This document shows positions 51,441-62,958 of a stretch of DNA of 64,000 bases, in pieces. Source of the DNA: Octopus vulgaris (lineage: Eukaryota); contig OX597822.1 in the NCBI GenBank assembly GCA_951406725.2, positions 18,662,001 to 18,726,000 of the forward strand. Direction: 5' to 3'. Each line of letters begins with the position of its first letter. Positions within the stretch are counted from its first letter, which is position 1. The position numbers and the translations under genes are program-made. The notes under the pieces were generated by a model. The model saw only the letters and a program-made list of their open reading frames with translations, had not been told where the DNA came from and did no database searches.

Positions 51441-54144
51441 TTATTTATATTTATATATATGTATTTATGTGTATATATGTATGCATATATGTATATATAT
51501 ATATATTAGCTGAGCATCCTGTTGCTGTCAAGTAATTTCTGTGAGAGAAAGCTTTGTTACTTTTGGAATAGCAATATCATATAACTTGGATTTTCTCTGT
51601 TTTGATGGGGATTTTTCACTTTTTCTTTTCACTACACCCTTGCAAATGTTCTTCTCCCATCCCCTTCTGGTCTAATTTCATCCAGTTTTTTTGCACTACA
51701 CACTTAAAAATGATGAGAGATTCTTTTTCAGTTAATAAAAAAATTTTTTTAATTTATGTATGCTTTCAACAAACTCAGGACCAATTTTGACTAATATTTT
51801 TTTGCACTACACACTTAAAAAAAATGGGAGAAGCCTCAAGGGTTAAAAAAAATTTTTAGAAATCAGCAGTCACCATTATAATCTCTCTAGTTCCTTTATT
51901 TTCAAATAGATAATGAAGCATAATTTAGAAGCTATTTTTCAGTGACCCTACCTTTCCATAAATTCCAATTTTTTTAATCATAGTTTTAAAATGTGGATGG
52001 TCTGAATCTGTAATTTGTGTTAGTTTATAATTTTCAGGTGAAAATATGTGTGATTTAAGGGAAGTTTAGCAGCTGTCTTTAGCACATCTCATGACCACCT
52101 GGTACCTTCCTCATTTCTTTGTCACTCTGTCATGTATTGAGGTTTTTCAATATTTTTCTCCCCATGAGTACATTTTATGGAATGACAAAGTGGTGGTCCA
52201 CTGCTGAGATTTAAACAACAACAGAAAATTTGTAATTAACTCTTTAATCCCCCTCTCCCACTCTGCATCAAGTTGTTTTGTTTACATTCCCATTGCTTAG
52301 CAGTTTGGCAAAAGAAACCAGTTGAATCTGCAACAGACTTTAAAAATACTTACCAGAGTTGATTTTTTCCACTTCAAGGTTTTACCCTAGCATGGCTGTA
52401 GTCAATAGCTAAAACAAGCAAAAGATAAAAGAAAGGGAATCCCTGATTACATTACTCAATGAGAGATTTCTTAAAAACCCTTTCCGCTATCAAAAAGCAC
52501 ACTAATGAAATTTCTCTCCTAATGAACCTCTTTATTAATGAGAAGACAAAAATGATTTTATATATTCCTTGTTTCCTTTCCTAGTCATGAGGTTTAATAA
52601 ATTTAAAAGTTGGAATTACAGAAAGACATGACTAAATTATTTTTAAACATGCCAATTTGCCTGCTCCGATCATTTTTAATCCTCACAAATGCCCCTTCTC
52701 AATGACTGTTAATGATGAATATAATTGTTTTTAAATAAGAAAGAAGGTCTGAAATCTGGGGTGAGGGAGGAAGGGATGTTAATCAATTAAATCAATGCCA
52801 GTACTTGATTGGTACTTGACCGGTATTCAATTTTATTGATCTTGTTAAGATGAAAAGCAAAGTTGACCTCAGTGAGATTCTGTGTGGCTTCTTTTTTAAA
52901 GACAAGAAGGTGTAGTTTAAGAGGGATTTAACTGTTATTACTAGTATGTCATGTTACCACATAATGTTGGTTTATCAGATTGTCAACAGTACCAGTTATA
53001 CACTGGTTAGATCCAATCAACTATATACTGTTTATCTTTCTGAACAAATTTGTGGATTTGTGCCAGAAATTATAAATCAATATACCTCAATAAAGAGGTT
53101 TACCTCAAAAATATTTCCTGATAATCAATAATATTAAATGCATTAAATGTATATATTCTAATAACAATGCTTTTGTTATTTACTACACCATGTCTCCTGT
53201 GTTCAGCATAACTTTACCGACCTTATCTTCACATGCATGCTACTGCTGTTTTATATGTGTGATCAAACGAAATACCTTTAGCTTCAGATTTTTGCCACAT
53301 ATTCAGTAGGGATGAAAGCACTAATGCTCTGAAAGCTTTATGTTTGAAGTGACGTGTCATATTATCTTGTTCAAAATGCATTTACCAGAAGTCTCTCCGG
53401 TGCCCCACTTGCTTATAAATTACACAAATAGTAAAAGTCAGTCACACAGTAGTGAATGTTGCCAACATCCTCTTCATCATGTTGGGTGCCGTACATAAGC
53501 TCAGTACTTAACTCTGATTTTATAGAATTACATAAATGTGATAGAATATCAGTGCATTGTATATCTGTTCCTACTTGCGATAGAAGCCCTCAATACAGTG
53601 TTACTCAAAATGTTAGAAAATGCAACAAATCTCCCTCAATTCACATCCTACAATTTTAAAAATAAACTTCCTTAATTTTATCTGCAAACATTGAATTTGC
53701 AGAAGCTGTGGCCCACCCTCATCAAGCCTCTACACTAACCAATGAAGAACCCTCTATGTAATTGCTTACCCCGCTAGAATTAGTAGCCAAATTTCTTTTA
53801 AATCATACTGTCTCTTCAAAAAAGAAGGATGCATAGCATAATGTAGTCCTAGAGACAATATTCCTTAAAAATAAAGACAAGATACATCTCTCCTTCATAA
53901 GTTTGCTTAGTCAGAGTGACTGTGAAACTAAGCTACAATGATTTTGCCAGTGTGGGAGGGCTTAAAATGTTATGGACACTAACCTTCCCCTGTTCAGTGA
54001 GGATCTTAATAATGTTTCTAATATAGGTACAAGGCTTGAAATTTTGAAGGAGAGGTTAGTCAATTAAATCAATTCCAGTACACGACTGGTACTATGAAAG
54101 GAAAAGTCGACCTTGAAGGGAATTGAACTCAGAAAGTAAAGATT

Positions 54145-54561
54145 TGTAGTGATGATACTGTGTTAGGTTCAGTGCGCATGCGTAGAATGGGACTACTTCC
54201 GGGTGGCCACCGGAAGTCTTCCCCATGCGCATGTGTGGGAAACTGACCCCTAAGGCACAGTCCACTCACTCACTCTCTCTGGCCCTTTCAGCCCTCGTGA
54301 ACAGACATGCATTTGGTAGTCTCTGAGAACTCTACACCGGCTTAGCAATGGACCACATCAAATCACTTCAATCAACCAACAAGAAGCAGTACAAAGATTC
54401 GGCTGTCGTTTCCCCTCAGAAATACGTACACCATCACGAGTAATAAACATTTGCTATCTTTCCCAGATAACCTGACTTCGTCTGTTATATCTAACTAAAT
54501 TGAATGTGACGGGATCGGATCAGACACCCCTTCAGTGATACCAATTCCAGATCCTGTTACA
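54145..54561 (+). mobile_element. Solo LTR (417 bp, probably Gypsy-type) with 4-bp TSD, inserted in a SINE
   Basis: GATT|TGTAG...TTACA|GATT, AATAAA at about 54442, CpG-rich promoter-like segment. Confidence 0.85.
54172..54234. promoter_or_regulatory. Palindromic NRF1-like / ETS-like motif cluster in the LTR
   Basis: TGCGCATG...ACTTCCGG-GTGGCCA-CCGGAAGT...CATGCGCA. Confidence 0.5.
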
Positions 54562-54920
54562 GATTCCTGCTGAAAACTCCTCTGTCATTTTTACAGAACC
54601 AATGAAACAAAGTTGTCAAGAAACAATGGTATTGACAACCCCACATCCTCAAAAACTACTGGTCTCATGCCTAAATTCAAAGTAATAATAATAACAATAA
54701 ATAATAATAATTGTTTCAAACTTTTGTACAAGGTCAGCAGTTTTAGGGGAATGGCGTTAGTTGGTTGATTACATTAAGCCTAGTACTTCACCTTGAACAG
54801 ATGAATAGGGAAAGGCAAAGTTGACCATGTGGGGATTTGCATTCAGAACATAAAAAGCCAGAAGAAATACTGCTAAATATTTTGTCTGACACACTAATGA
54901 TTCTACCAGCTCACCACCTC

Positions 54921-54951
<31 letters not shown>

Positions 54952-55044
54952 GTAACAACAATAATATTGAGTTCATGCATGATACCCAAGCTGAACATCA
55001 TGAGGGAAGTGTGGCAACTGTTGTCGCAAAGAAGGTGAAATCAG

Positions 55045-56020
55045 TGTGGTAAGGAAAAGTCACGTGGAAAATTGGCTGTTCATGGCAAATATGTAAGCCA
55101 TAGCAAACAAGACATTATTGACCAGAAGGAATCCCATCAGTGGCTATGGAACTCAGAGCTAAAGGCAGAGAGTGAAGGCTTAATCTTAGGTGCTTAAGAT
55201 CAAAGCTTATTGACCTGAAACTAACAAGCCAATGTGATGAACAATGGATGTAAAGTCTTAGCACCACTGGAGTATAAATCAACATATGACAGAGTTGGCC
55301 ATTGAGAGTTAATATGTCGGCATTATAAAATAAAAAAAACTGTTGACAAACGGTATAATCACCAGCCTGAGGTTGTAACTGAGAGAGAAAATGTAACGAT
55401 TCATTGAGACTTTCCCATACATCAAAGCTAGTAAACTGGATATTGTTGTGAAAGACCAAAACAATAAAGTCTGTTTATTGATCAGCATGAGTATTTTTTG
55501 CAATCATAATATCTTGGCAAAAGAATTTGAAATGCTCAAAAAAATATAAAGATTTGTTCACTGAAATTGAAAATCTGTGGCATCTCAAGCTAGTTACAAT
55601 ACCTATTTCTTTACTACCCACAAGGGGCTAAACATAGAGAGGACAAACAAGGACAGACAAACGTATTAAGTCGATTATATCGACCCCAGTGCGTAACTGG
55701 TACTTATTTAATCGACCCCGAAAGGATGAAAGGCAAAGTCGACCTTAGCAGAATTTGAACTCAGAACATAGCAGCAGGTGAAATACCGTAAGCACTTCGC
55801 CCGGCATGCTAACGTTTCTGCCAGCTCGCTGCCTTACAATACCAGTGATTGTAGTTACAATCTAGTTACAATACCAGTGATTGTAGAAGCACTTGGAATA
55901 ATCAAAATCGGGGCAGAGAATTATCTGAGAATGATCCCTGGCTTACCATTCCTGCAAGAAGTGCAAAAGATTATTTTAACTGGTGCATCATACGTATTGA
56001 AAAGAGCATTGTTGCTATGA
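55045..56020 (+). pseudogene. R4/Dong-type non-LTR retrotransposon C-terminus (restriction-like endonuclease), decayed
   Basis: HGKY...SHQWL..SELK.ESEG...ENVTIH*DF...DIVVKDQNNKVCLLI...KYKDL..EIENLW.LK.VTIPVIV.ALG.IK...IPGL..LQEVQKI.L. Confidence 0.8.
55604..55833 (-). mobile_element. Young SINE with 10-bp TSD inserted in the R4-type remnant
   Basis: TTACAATACC at 55594-55603 and 55834-55843; same family as 61187-61417. Confidence 0.9.
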
Positions 56021-58178
56021 AAATGATTACAACCCATGTAAAGGTTTTCTTTTTTCTTTTTCCTGTGTCATTGCTGCAATGGATTGACAATTTACATTAG
56101 AACGTGTGTGCCAAATTTCATTATCCTACCTTAAGTTTATTTTGAATCAATGGATAAGTCTTTCTGGGACACCCTGTCTATGTTTGGGATAGTTCTATCC
56201 TCTCTAACCTCAGTCAACTACCCTGTGGCAAATTCACTAGAAGAGAGCACTTCCTATGTCATCATCACTTTCCTTTCCAGATGGAACTTGAAAAAATCTG
56301 TGAGGGCTTGACAAAAGAGGTAGGTGTCTACCCTCTTTTGCCTCAGCTATCACACTAAGAAAATCTATTTGCCCAACCATGTGGCAATCTTCATGCAGAG
56401 AGGAAGTCTTCATGATGGACTCAGTTAGCAGTCATATCTGCCCTTGACATGCCATAAATTAACAAGGCTTAGACACTGTACGAGCAGTAGTAGCATTAGT
56501 GTAACAAGCAAGAGAGATAAAAGGATGAACAATAGAGACATGGGTGAGAGTGGTGGGTTCTGCACATTTTTCTGTCAAAATGCACACAGAAGGTTTTGGT
56601 CATTTTCAAGCTATGTTTGATGATGCTCGCCCAAAGTGTTGCACATTAAACAAACTCTGAACTACATGGTTATAAAATGAACAATCATATCTGGCTCTAA
56701 CACCATGGTCCTATTACCTTCAGTCATCAGCCAGCACAACCACAGTGAAATAAAAGTAATTTGAACTTAAAACTTCATGACTAAGCAGACAGTCAGTCCA
56801 GCACTTGGTACATGCAGCTAATTCTGTAAACGAGAGCCTCAGTTCTAATAAGACAACAGTGATTATTACTTCAGTCTACCACTCGAGAATTTACAAAGTG
56901 TTAAAAATCACAATTGATTTTGCAGCAAGTATTACAACAGAAGGAAGCTTTCAATGTATCAGAGTTTAAAACATTGTGAAAAATAAATTACTTATTAACG
57001 CTTAAGAGATGGAAGAAATTAGCATGTGAACTCTCCTGCTATTGTTGTTCTGCTCTTTTAAGAATGACTGCACCAAGACAACAACTAATATTTTCCCCTC
57101 AGGAATATTTTTTTAATATTTTTCTCTTTTATTTTTTGTTTTTGTAGAAACCTAAAAAGGGAAAAAAATTGTAATTTTTCCTTGTTTTTTTTTCTCTTTT
57201 TCAACATTTCTATTTCTCTCACTCCCTCTCTCACACTTTCTCACTTTCTTTTGAAATGTGTATTTGAAATTCATTACTTAGTAATTAGCTGTTAATAGGC
57301 TATTGACATTTTTCAGAATGGAATTGAATAGAAAACTATTTCATCCTCTGGCAGAATGCAAGGAGGCAACAGAACTCTTCCTGTGTGTTACTGCATTAAC
57401 AACTGACTTAACAATTCAGACATGGTTAAAGCATTTCAAAAGAGGAAAAAAAAAATGTAATTAAATTAAATATAGGAACAAAAATTTTAATTTACATGTC
57501 TTATTTTTAAATGATTGCTGTAGGACTTGCCACAAGCAAGCTGCATCCTACTGAAAGAGGTTTTTTTACTGATGGTTCATGAAATATTAAAATGCAACTC
57601 AGAACAGAAGACAAGTGTAATGTATTGTCTTCTTTCTAAGAAGGAATCAATAATTATTTTTTTATGGTATGCAATATATACTTACATATATATACATATC
57701 ATACAAACATACATGCATATATATTGATAGATATAATGGATAATAAAGCGAATGGTTTACTGGTAAAGCATGGTCACTTTCAGAGTGATTGTTAGGTAAA
57801 TAACAAATGAAAGACAGAAGATGGAATATAAGAGAATTTATTATTAATCACAACAATTGTTTCAGCACATCTAGCATCGAGTCCTCTTGGAATGATGCTC
57901 TAGCTAGGGCTGGGTACCATGATTAAATTCAATATATACAAGAAACAGGCATAACCAACATTGATAATTCCTACAACTGCAATGCACATTGTATACCACC
58001 ACAATGTTATCATTTGAGAAATCACTTCGATAAAGAAAACAGGCCAAAAAGAATTGGTCATGTCAATGAACTACCAACAAAAACTCATAGACACATGCGA
58101 CATGATAATCCAACTGCTTGTTCCAATCCTGTACTACACACTCAATCAAATAAACCAAATAGCAGATATAGGAATCCG

Positions 58179-58999
58179 ATTGTCCTCTAGTTCAACCCAA
58201 TTTTTGGTTCGCGTGTTTCAACCAGGATTGCTGGAAAATTTTTTGCTGCTTTGGACAAATGTTCTCCTAAATCTAATTGGTATCATGCTATTTTTAATCA
58301 ACACTACGTGAAGGTATCCTACACCAACTCTGCTAATTTAGAGCAGCTTATACATTACATAAACAATAGCAAAATGCAGCAAAGGTTCAATAACCCACCC
58401 ACTGGATCTAGCAAATATTTGCATCTAAATACCAACCAAAGAGATGTAAACCGCATTGATAAACATCAACTTAAACCAATGTGTAGTAGTAGATATATTC
58501 ATGGTGCAGCTAGCGTGGTAACAATGCCGGTAAATAGAGTCGGGTCTGCCTTATATACAAATAAATATGATAAATGCTCATGCAGAGAGAAATCAAAATG
58601 TCCTTTGATGAATCCCTGTATGAGTAGAAATCCTGTATATAAATGCACCATGCACACAAGGGGAGGGCCCAATGTTTACATTGGACAGATGGCTAATTCA
58701 TTTAAGAATCGTTATCATAACCATGTTGCCAGCTTCAAGACAATCAATAAGAGACATTCAACATCTTTGCCATATTTTGTATGGTGACTGAAGGAGGATA
58801 AAATGAAGTACAGCATAAATTGGTCCATAGTAAGGTACGCGAAACCATTCAATATAATTTCCAGGTGATGTCATCTCTGCTCTGAGGAATCCCTGTCTAT
58901 TCTTTGGACTAACGAGAAGATCATTAATAGAATTTCTGAACGACTCTTGAGATACCTACACACATATAAATGTACTTTGGCACAATGCAGTGGGAATGA
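58179..58999 (+). pseudogene. PLE RT-thumb/linker + GIY-YIG endonuclease (in-frame stops)
   Basis: *FNPIF..RVSTRIAGKFF...IFN..YVKVSY...CSCR..KCPL..PC...VYKC...YIGQ..NSFKNRYHNH..SF...TSL..FVW*LK...WSI...*CHLCSEE. Confidence 0.88.
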
Positions 59000-59397
59000 A
59001 TTTTTGAGTAACCATTAACTTAATTAAATTAATTTAATTTAATTTAGGGTATGGATAACTTAAGTTTACTTTTAACCTCCTCATTCTTATAAACACCAAG
59101 TAAATAACTAACTCGCTTTGTGGACATGGGTACACCAAACCTTGTGTGTGCGTATGCTCACGTTTGTACTGATTCTTGTATGAGCATGTGTACTCATGCC
59201 ATGCAGCTTGCCCAACGGTTATTTTCAATACTTTTCTCACAGGATTACATGTTCGTTTTCCTTTATGTCATCTGCAATTTTATTTTTGATCTTCTATATA
59301 AATGAAGTTATTTCCTCTGTCTGGCTGTTTTCCTCTCTACAAAACAGAAAGTTACATTGTGGAACATTCATTTTAACGAGTTGTTTTTATTTATCTA

Positions 59398-59499
59398 TCA
59401 CCCAACGAGATTCATCTGCACCTAAATGCTCCTGAACTACTTATTGAGTGTCTCACCCAAGAGGATTCGGTGCTAGATGTGTCGAAACAATTGTTGTGA
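59398..59499 (+). ncRNA. Hammerhead motif in PLE pLTR, core mutated (CCAACGA)
   Basis: TCAC-CCAACGA-GATTCATCTGCACC...GGTGCTAGATGTGTC-GAAA-CAATTG-TT-GTGA. Confidence 0.7.
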
Positions 59500-59702
59500 T
59501 TAATAATAAATTCTCGTATATTCTATCTTCTGTCTTTCATTTGTTATATATTGATAGATGTGTGTACATGTGTTTATGCATCTATCTTTCTATTTATCTG
59601 ACCATCTTTCTGTCTGTCTTTCTATCGATTTACGATATATATATATATATATATATAGCAAATGAAAGACGGGAGGTAGAATATACGAGAATTCATTATT
59701 CG

Positions 59703-59806
59703 TCACAACAATTGTTTCGACACATCTAGCATTGATCCTTCATCGATGGAACAATCAACAACTGGTTCAGGAGCAACCAGCAGTGCAGATGTATCTCGTC
59801 AGGTGA
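59703..59806 (-). ncRNA. Type I hammerhead ribozyme with extended stem II
   Basis: Minus strand TCAC-CTGACGA-GATACATCT-GCA-(about 50 nt)-TGC-T-AGATGTGTC-GAAA-CAATTG-TT-GTGA. Core intact, 4-bp stem I, GUU triplet. Confidence 0.85.
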
Positions 59807-60193
59807 TAAATAAATGCAACTTATTAAAATAACACTTCCACAATGTAACTTCTCATTTTTTAGAAAGCAAAGCAGCCAGATGGAGGAAATATCTCCATTT
59901 ATAGAGAAGATCAAAAATAAAATTATAAATGGAAAAAAGAGAAATGAACACACAATCCAGCAAAAAGAGTATTAAAAATAATTGTTTACAAATATGGATG
60001 TATACACGTCTTTGGGGAAGCTGCATGGCGTGAGTACACCCACTCATACAAGCATCTACGGAAATGTGAGCATGTGCACATGTGAGGTTTTGTGCACTCA
60101 TGATCACAAAGCAAATTAACTATCTGCTTGGTTTTTGTAAGAATGGGAATGTTAAAAGTAAACTTAAGTCATCATTACCTTAAAGTAAATTAA

Positions 60194-60580
60194 GTGGAGG
60201 TGCAATGGCCCAGTGGTTAGGGCAGCGGACTCGCGGTCGTAGGCTCGCGGTTTCAATTCCCAGACTGGGCGTTGTGAGTGTTTATTGAGCGAAAACACCT
60301 AAAGCTCCACGAGGCTCTGGCAGGGATGGTGGTGGTCCCTGCTGTACTCTTTCACCACAACTTTCTCTCACTCTTACTTCCTGTTTCTGTTGTACCTGTA
60401 TTTCAAAGGGCCGGCCTTGTCACTCTCTGTGTCACGCTGAATATCCCCGAGAACTACGTTAAGGGGTACACGTGTCTGTGGAGTGCTCAGCCACATACAC
60501 GTTAATTTCACGAGCAGGCTGTTCCATTGATCGGATCAACCGGAACCCTCGTCGTCGGAACTGACGGAGTGCTTCCATCC
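60194..60580 (+). mobile_element. tRNA(Arg)-like-headed SINE with 12-bp TSD
   Basis: AAAGTAAATTAA at 60182-60193 and 60581-60592. A box tggcccagtgg, B-box-like gtttcaattcc, TCG at the anticodon position (reminiscent of the octopus OR SINEs; unverified). Confidence 0.88.
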
Positions 60581-61186
60581 AAAGTAAATTAAATTATGTT
60601 AATAGTTACTCAAAATTCATTCTCACTGCATTGCATTGTGCATGTAGGTATCTCAAGAGTCGTTCAGAAATTTTATTAATGATCTTCTCGTTAGTTCAAA
60701 GAATAGACAGGGATTCCTCAGAGCAGAGATGACATCACCTGGAAATTATATTGAATGGTTTCGCGTACCTTACTATGGACCAATTTATGCTGTACTTCAT
60801 TTTATCCTCCTTCAGTCACCATACAAAATATGGCAAAGATGTTGAATGTCTCTTATTGATTGTCTTGAAGCTGGCAACATGGTTATGATAACGATTCTTA
60901 AATGAATTAGCCATCTGTCCAATGTAAACATTGGGCCCTCCCCTTGTGTGCATGGTGCATTTATATACAGGATTTCTACTCATACAGGGATTCATCAAAG
61001 GACATTTTGATTTCTCTCTGCATGAACATTTATCGTATTTATTTGTATATAAGGCAGTCCCGACTCTATTTACCGGCATTGTTACCATGCTAGCTGCACC
61101 ATGAATATATCTACTACTACACATTGGTTTAAGTTGATGTTTATCAATGCGGTTTACATCTCTTTGGTTGGTATTTAGATGCAAAT

Positions 61187-61417
61187 TTAGGCGAGCTGGC
61201 AGAAACGTTAGCACGCCGGGTGAGATGCTTAGTGGTATTTCGTCTGCCGTTACGTTGTGAGTTCAAATTCCGCCGAGGTCGACTTTGCCTTTCATCCTAT
61301 CGAGGTCGATAAATTAAGTACCAGTTACGCACTGGGGTCGATGTAATCGACTTAATACCTATGTCTGTCCTTGTTTGTCCCCTCTATGTTTAGCCCCTTG
61401 TGGGTAATAAAGAAATA
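61187..61417 (+). mobile_element. Young SINE (Meta-domain-like) with 17-bp TSD
   Basis: GGTATTTAGATGCAAAT at 61170-61186 and 61418-61434. The empty site is visible in the paralogous PLE at about 58416-58432. Confidence 0.93.
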
Positions 61418-61716
61418 GGTATTTAGATGCAAATGTTTGCTAGATCCAGTGGGTGGGTTATTGAACCTTTGCCGCATTTTGGTATTGTTTATGTGATGTA
61501 TAAGCTGCTCTAAATTAGCAGAGTTGGTGTAGGATACCTTCACGTAGTGTTGATTAAAAATAGCATGATACCAATTAGATTTAGGAGAACATTTGTCCAA
61601 AGCAGCAAAAAATTTTCCAGCAATCCTGGTTGAAACACGCAAACCAAAAATTGGGTTGAACTAGAGGACAACCGGATTACTATATCTGTTGCTGGGCTTA
61701 TTGATCGAGTGTGTGC

Positions 61717-61759
<43 letters not shown>

Positions 61760-61888
61760 CATACACCACACACACACACACGTACACATATGGGTGTGGG
61801 GAGGTGCATGTTTGTGTATGTATGAATCATGAGTTTGATTCTTCATCAGGCAACCCAGTATGACCCTGGACAAAGGACTTCATTTTAA

Positions 61889-62109
61889 CCCTTTAGCATT
61901 TAAACCGGCCATATCCGGCCAAAAGTATTCTGCCTGTTTTATGGTCAAACTGGCCAGATCTGGTCTCTTACACCAACCCTACAATATTGTTTTAAAAATT
62001 AACAGCTACCTCATTAAAATCTCATAGCTACAAGATAATGCATGATTAATTCAAAACAAAGTGGATGAAGAAGCATTCATTTTGGCAGAATAATGCGAAC
62101 ACTAAAGGG
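61889..62109. mobile_element. piggyBac-like MITE
   Basis: TTAA|CCCTTTAG...CTAAAGGG|TTAA. Confidence 0.88.
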
Positions 62110-62504
62110 TTAAAAGGGAACAGTCTGTCAGTTGAAACAATTACTTGTCAAGTGCTGCTGCTATCCTCTCTCTCTCTCTTTCCTTCCTCTCTCTCTCTCT
62201 AGCTCTCTCTCCTCCCTCTCTTTCTCATTGTGATATCCTGGATGTTCTATCGATATAGGGTGGCATGGGCAAGATGGTGGTTATGTCTTCTTATGCTTAC
62301 ATAGCCATGATATATACTTTTAATTCATACTCACTTTCAAATGGTGGTTGTAGTTATATACATGTGTGTGTGTATTTATACATGTATTTTGTACGCATAT
62401 GAGTATACACACATTTATATGGTATTCTAAACACAGATATATATTTGTGTGTGTAAGAAAATATGATGACAAAGGTATGAACAATTATCTTATGACATTC
62501 ATTA

Positions 62505-62958
62505 GCTTACAGCTGTTTCTACTGCAAGATTCAGTGAACTCATAGATGAATGTTTACTCTTTACTCTTTTTTACTCTTTTTACTTGTTTCAGTCATTTGA
62601 CTGCGGCCATGCTGGAGCACCACCTTTTAGTACTTATTCTATCGGTCTCTTTTTTTGCCGAACCGCTAAGTGACGGGGACGTAAACACACCAGCATTGGT
62701 TGTCAAGCAATGCTAGGGGAACAAACACAGACACACAAACACACACACATATACATATATATACATATATACGACAGGCTTCTTTCAGTTTCCGTCTACC
62801 AAATCCACTCACGAGGCATTGGTCGGCCCGGGGCTATAGCAGAAGACACTTGCCCAAGATGCCACGCAGTGGGACTGAACCCGCAACCGTGTGGTTGGTT
62901 AGCAAGCTACTTACCACACAGCCACTCCTTGAGTAACATCTTATAGCTTCATCAGAGC
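62505..62958 (-). ncRNA. Hammerhead ribozyme split by a SINE insertion in loop II
   Basis: Minus strand GCT-CTGATGA-a-GCTATAAGAT-...[SINE]...-ATCTTGCAGT-a-GAAA-CAGCTG-TA-AGC. Stem II pairs 9 of 10. Confidence 0.75.
62553..62928 (-). mobile_element. SINE (abundant family) with (GAGTAAAA)n tail
   Basis: Matches 17016-17400 with a small internal deletion. Confidence 0.9.

Larger units (their letters stand above)
57801..59546 (+). mobile_element. Penelope-like element: inverted partial pLTR + 5'-truncated ORF + pLTR
   Basis: 57801-57890 is the reverse complement of about 59457-59546; GIY-YIG remnant and hammerhead inside. Confidence 0.88.
59657..61700 (-). mobile_element. Second Penelope-like element, tail-to-tail with the first, interrupted by two SINEs
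   Basis: The reverse complement aligns with about 58170-59546; GIY-YIG ORF pieces at 60816-61214 and 61352-61642. Confidence 0.9.

Noticed and set aside
51506-52030. Possible degenerate Helitron-like element with an internal duplication (ttttttgcactacacacttaaaaa twice)
   Set aside because: Termini could not be defined.
58785-58870. In-frame TGA codons as possible selenocysteine recoding (known in Naiad PLEs)
   Set aside because: They do not appear to fall at conserved Cys positions and are simply explained as CGA>TGA decay. A TAG stop is also present and no SECIS was recognised.
60197-60270. Possible tRNA-Arg gene
   Set aside because: The acceptor stem does not close; it is the head of a TSD-flanked SINE.
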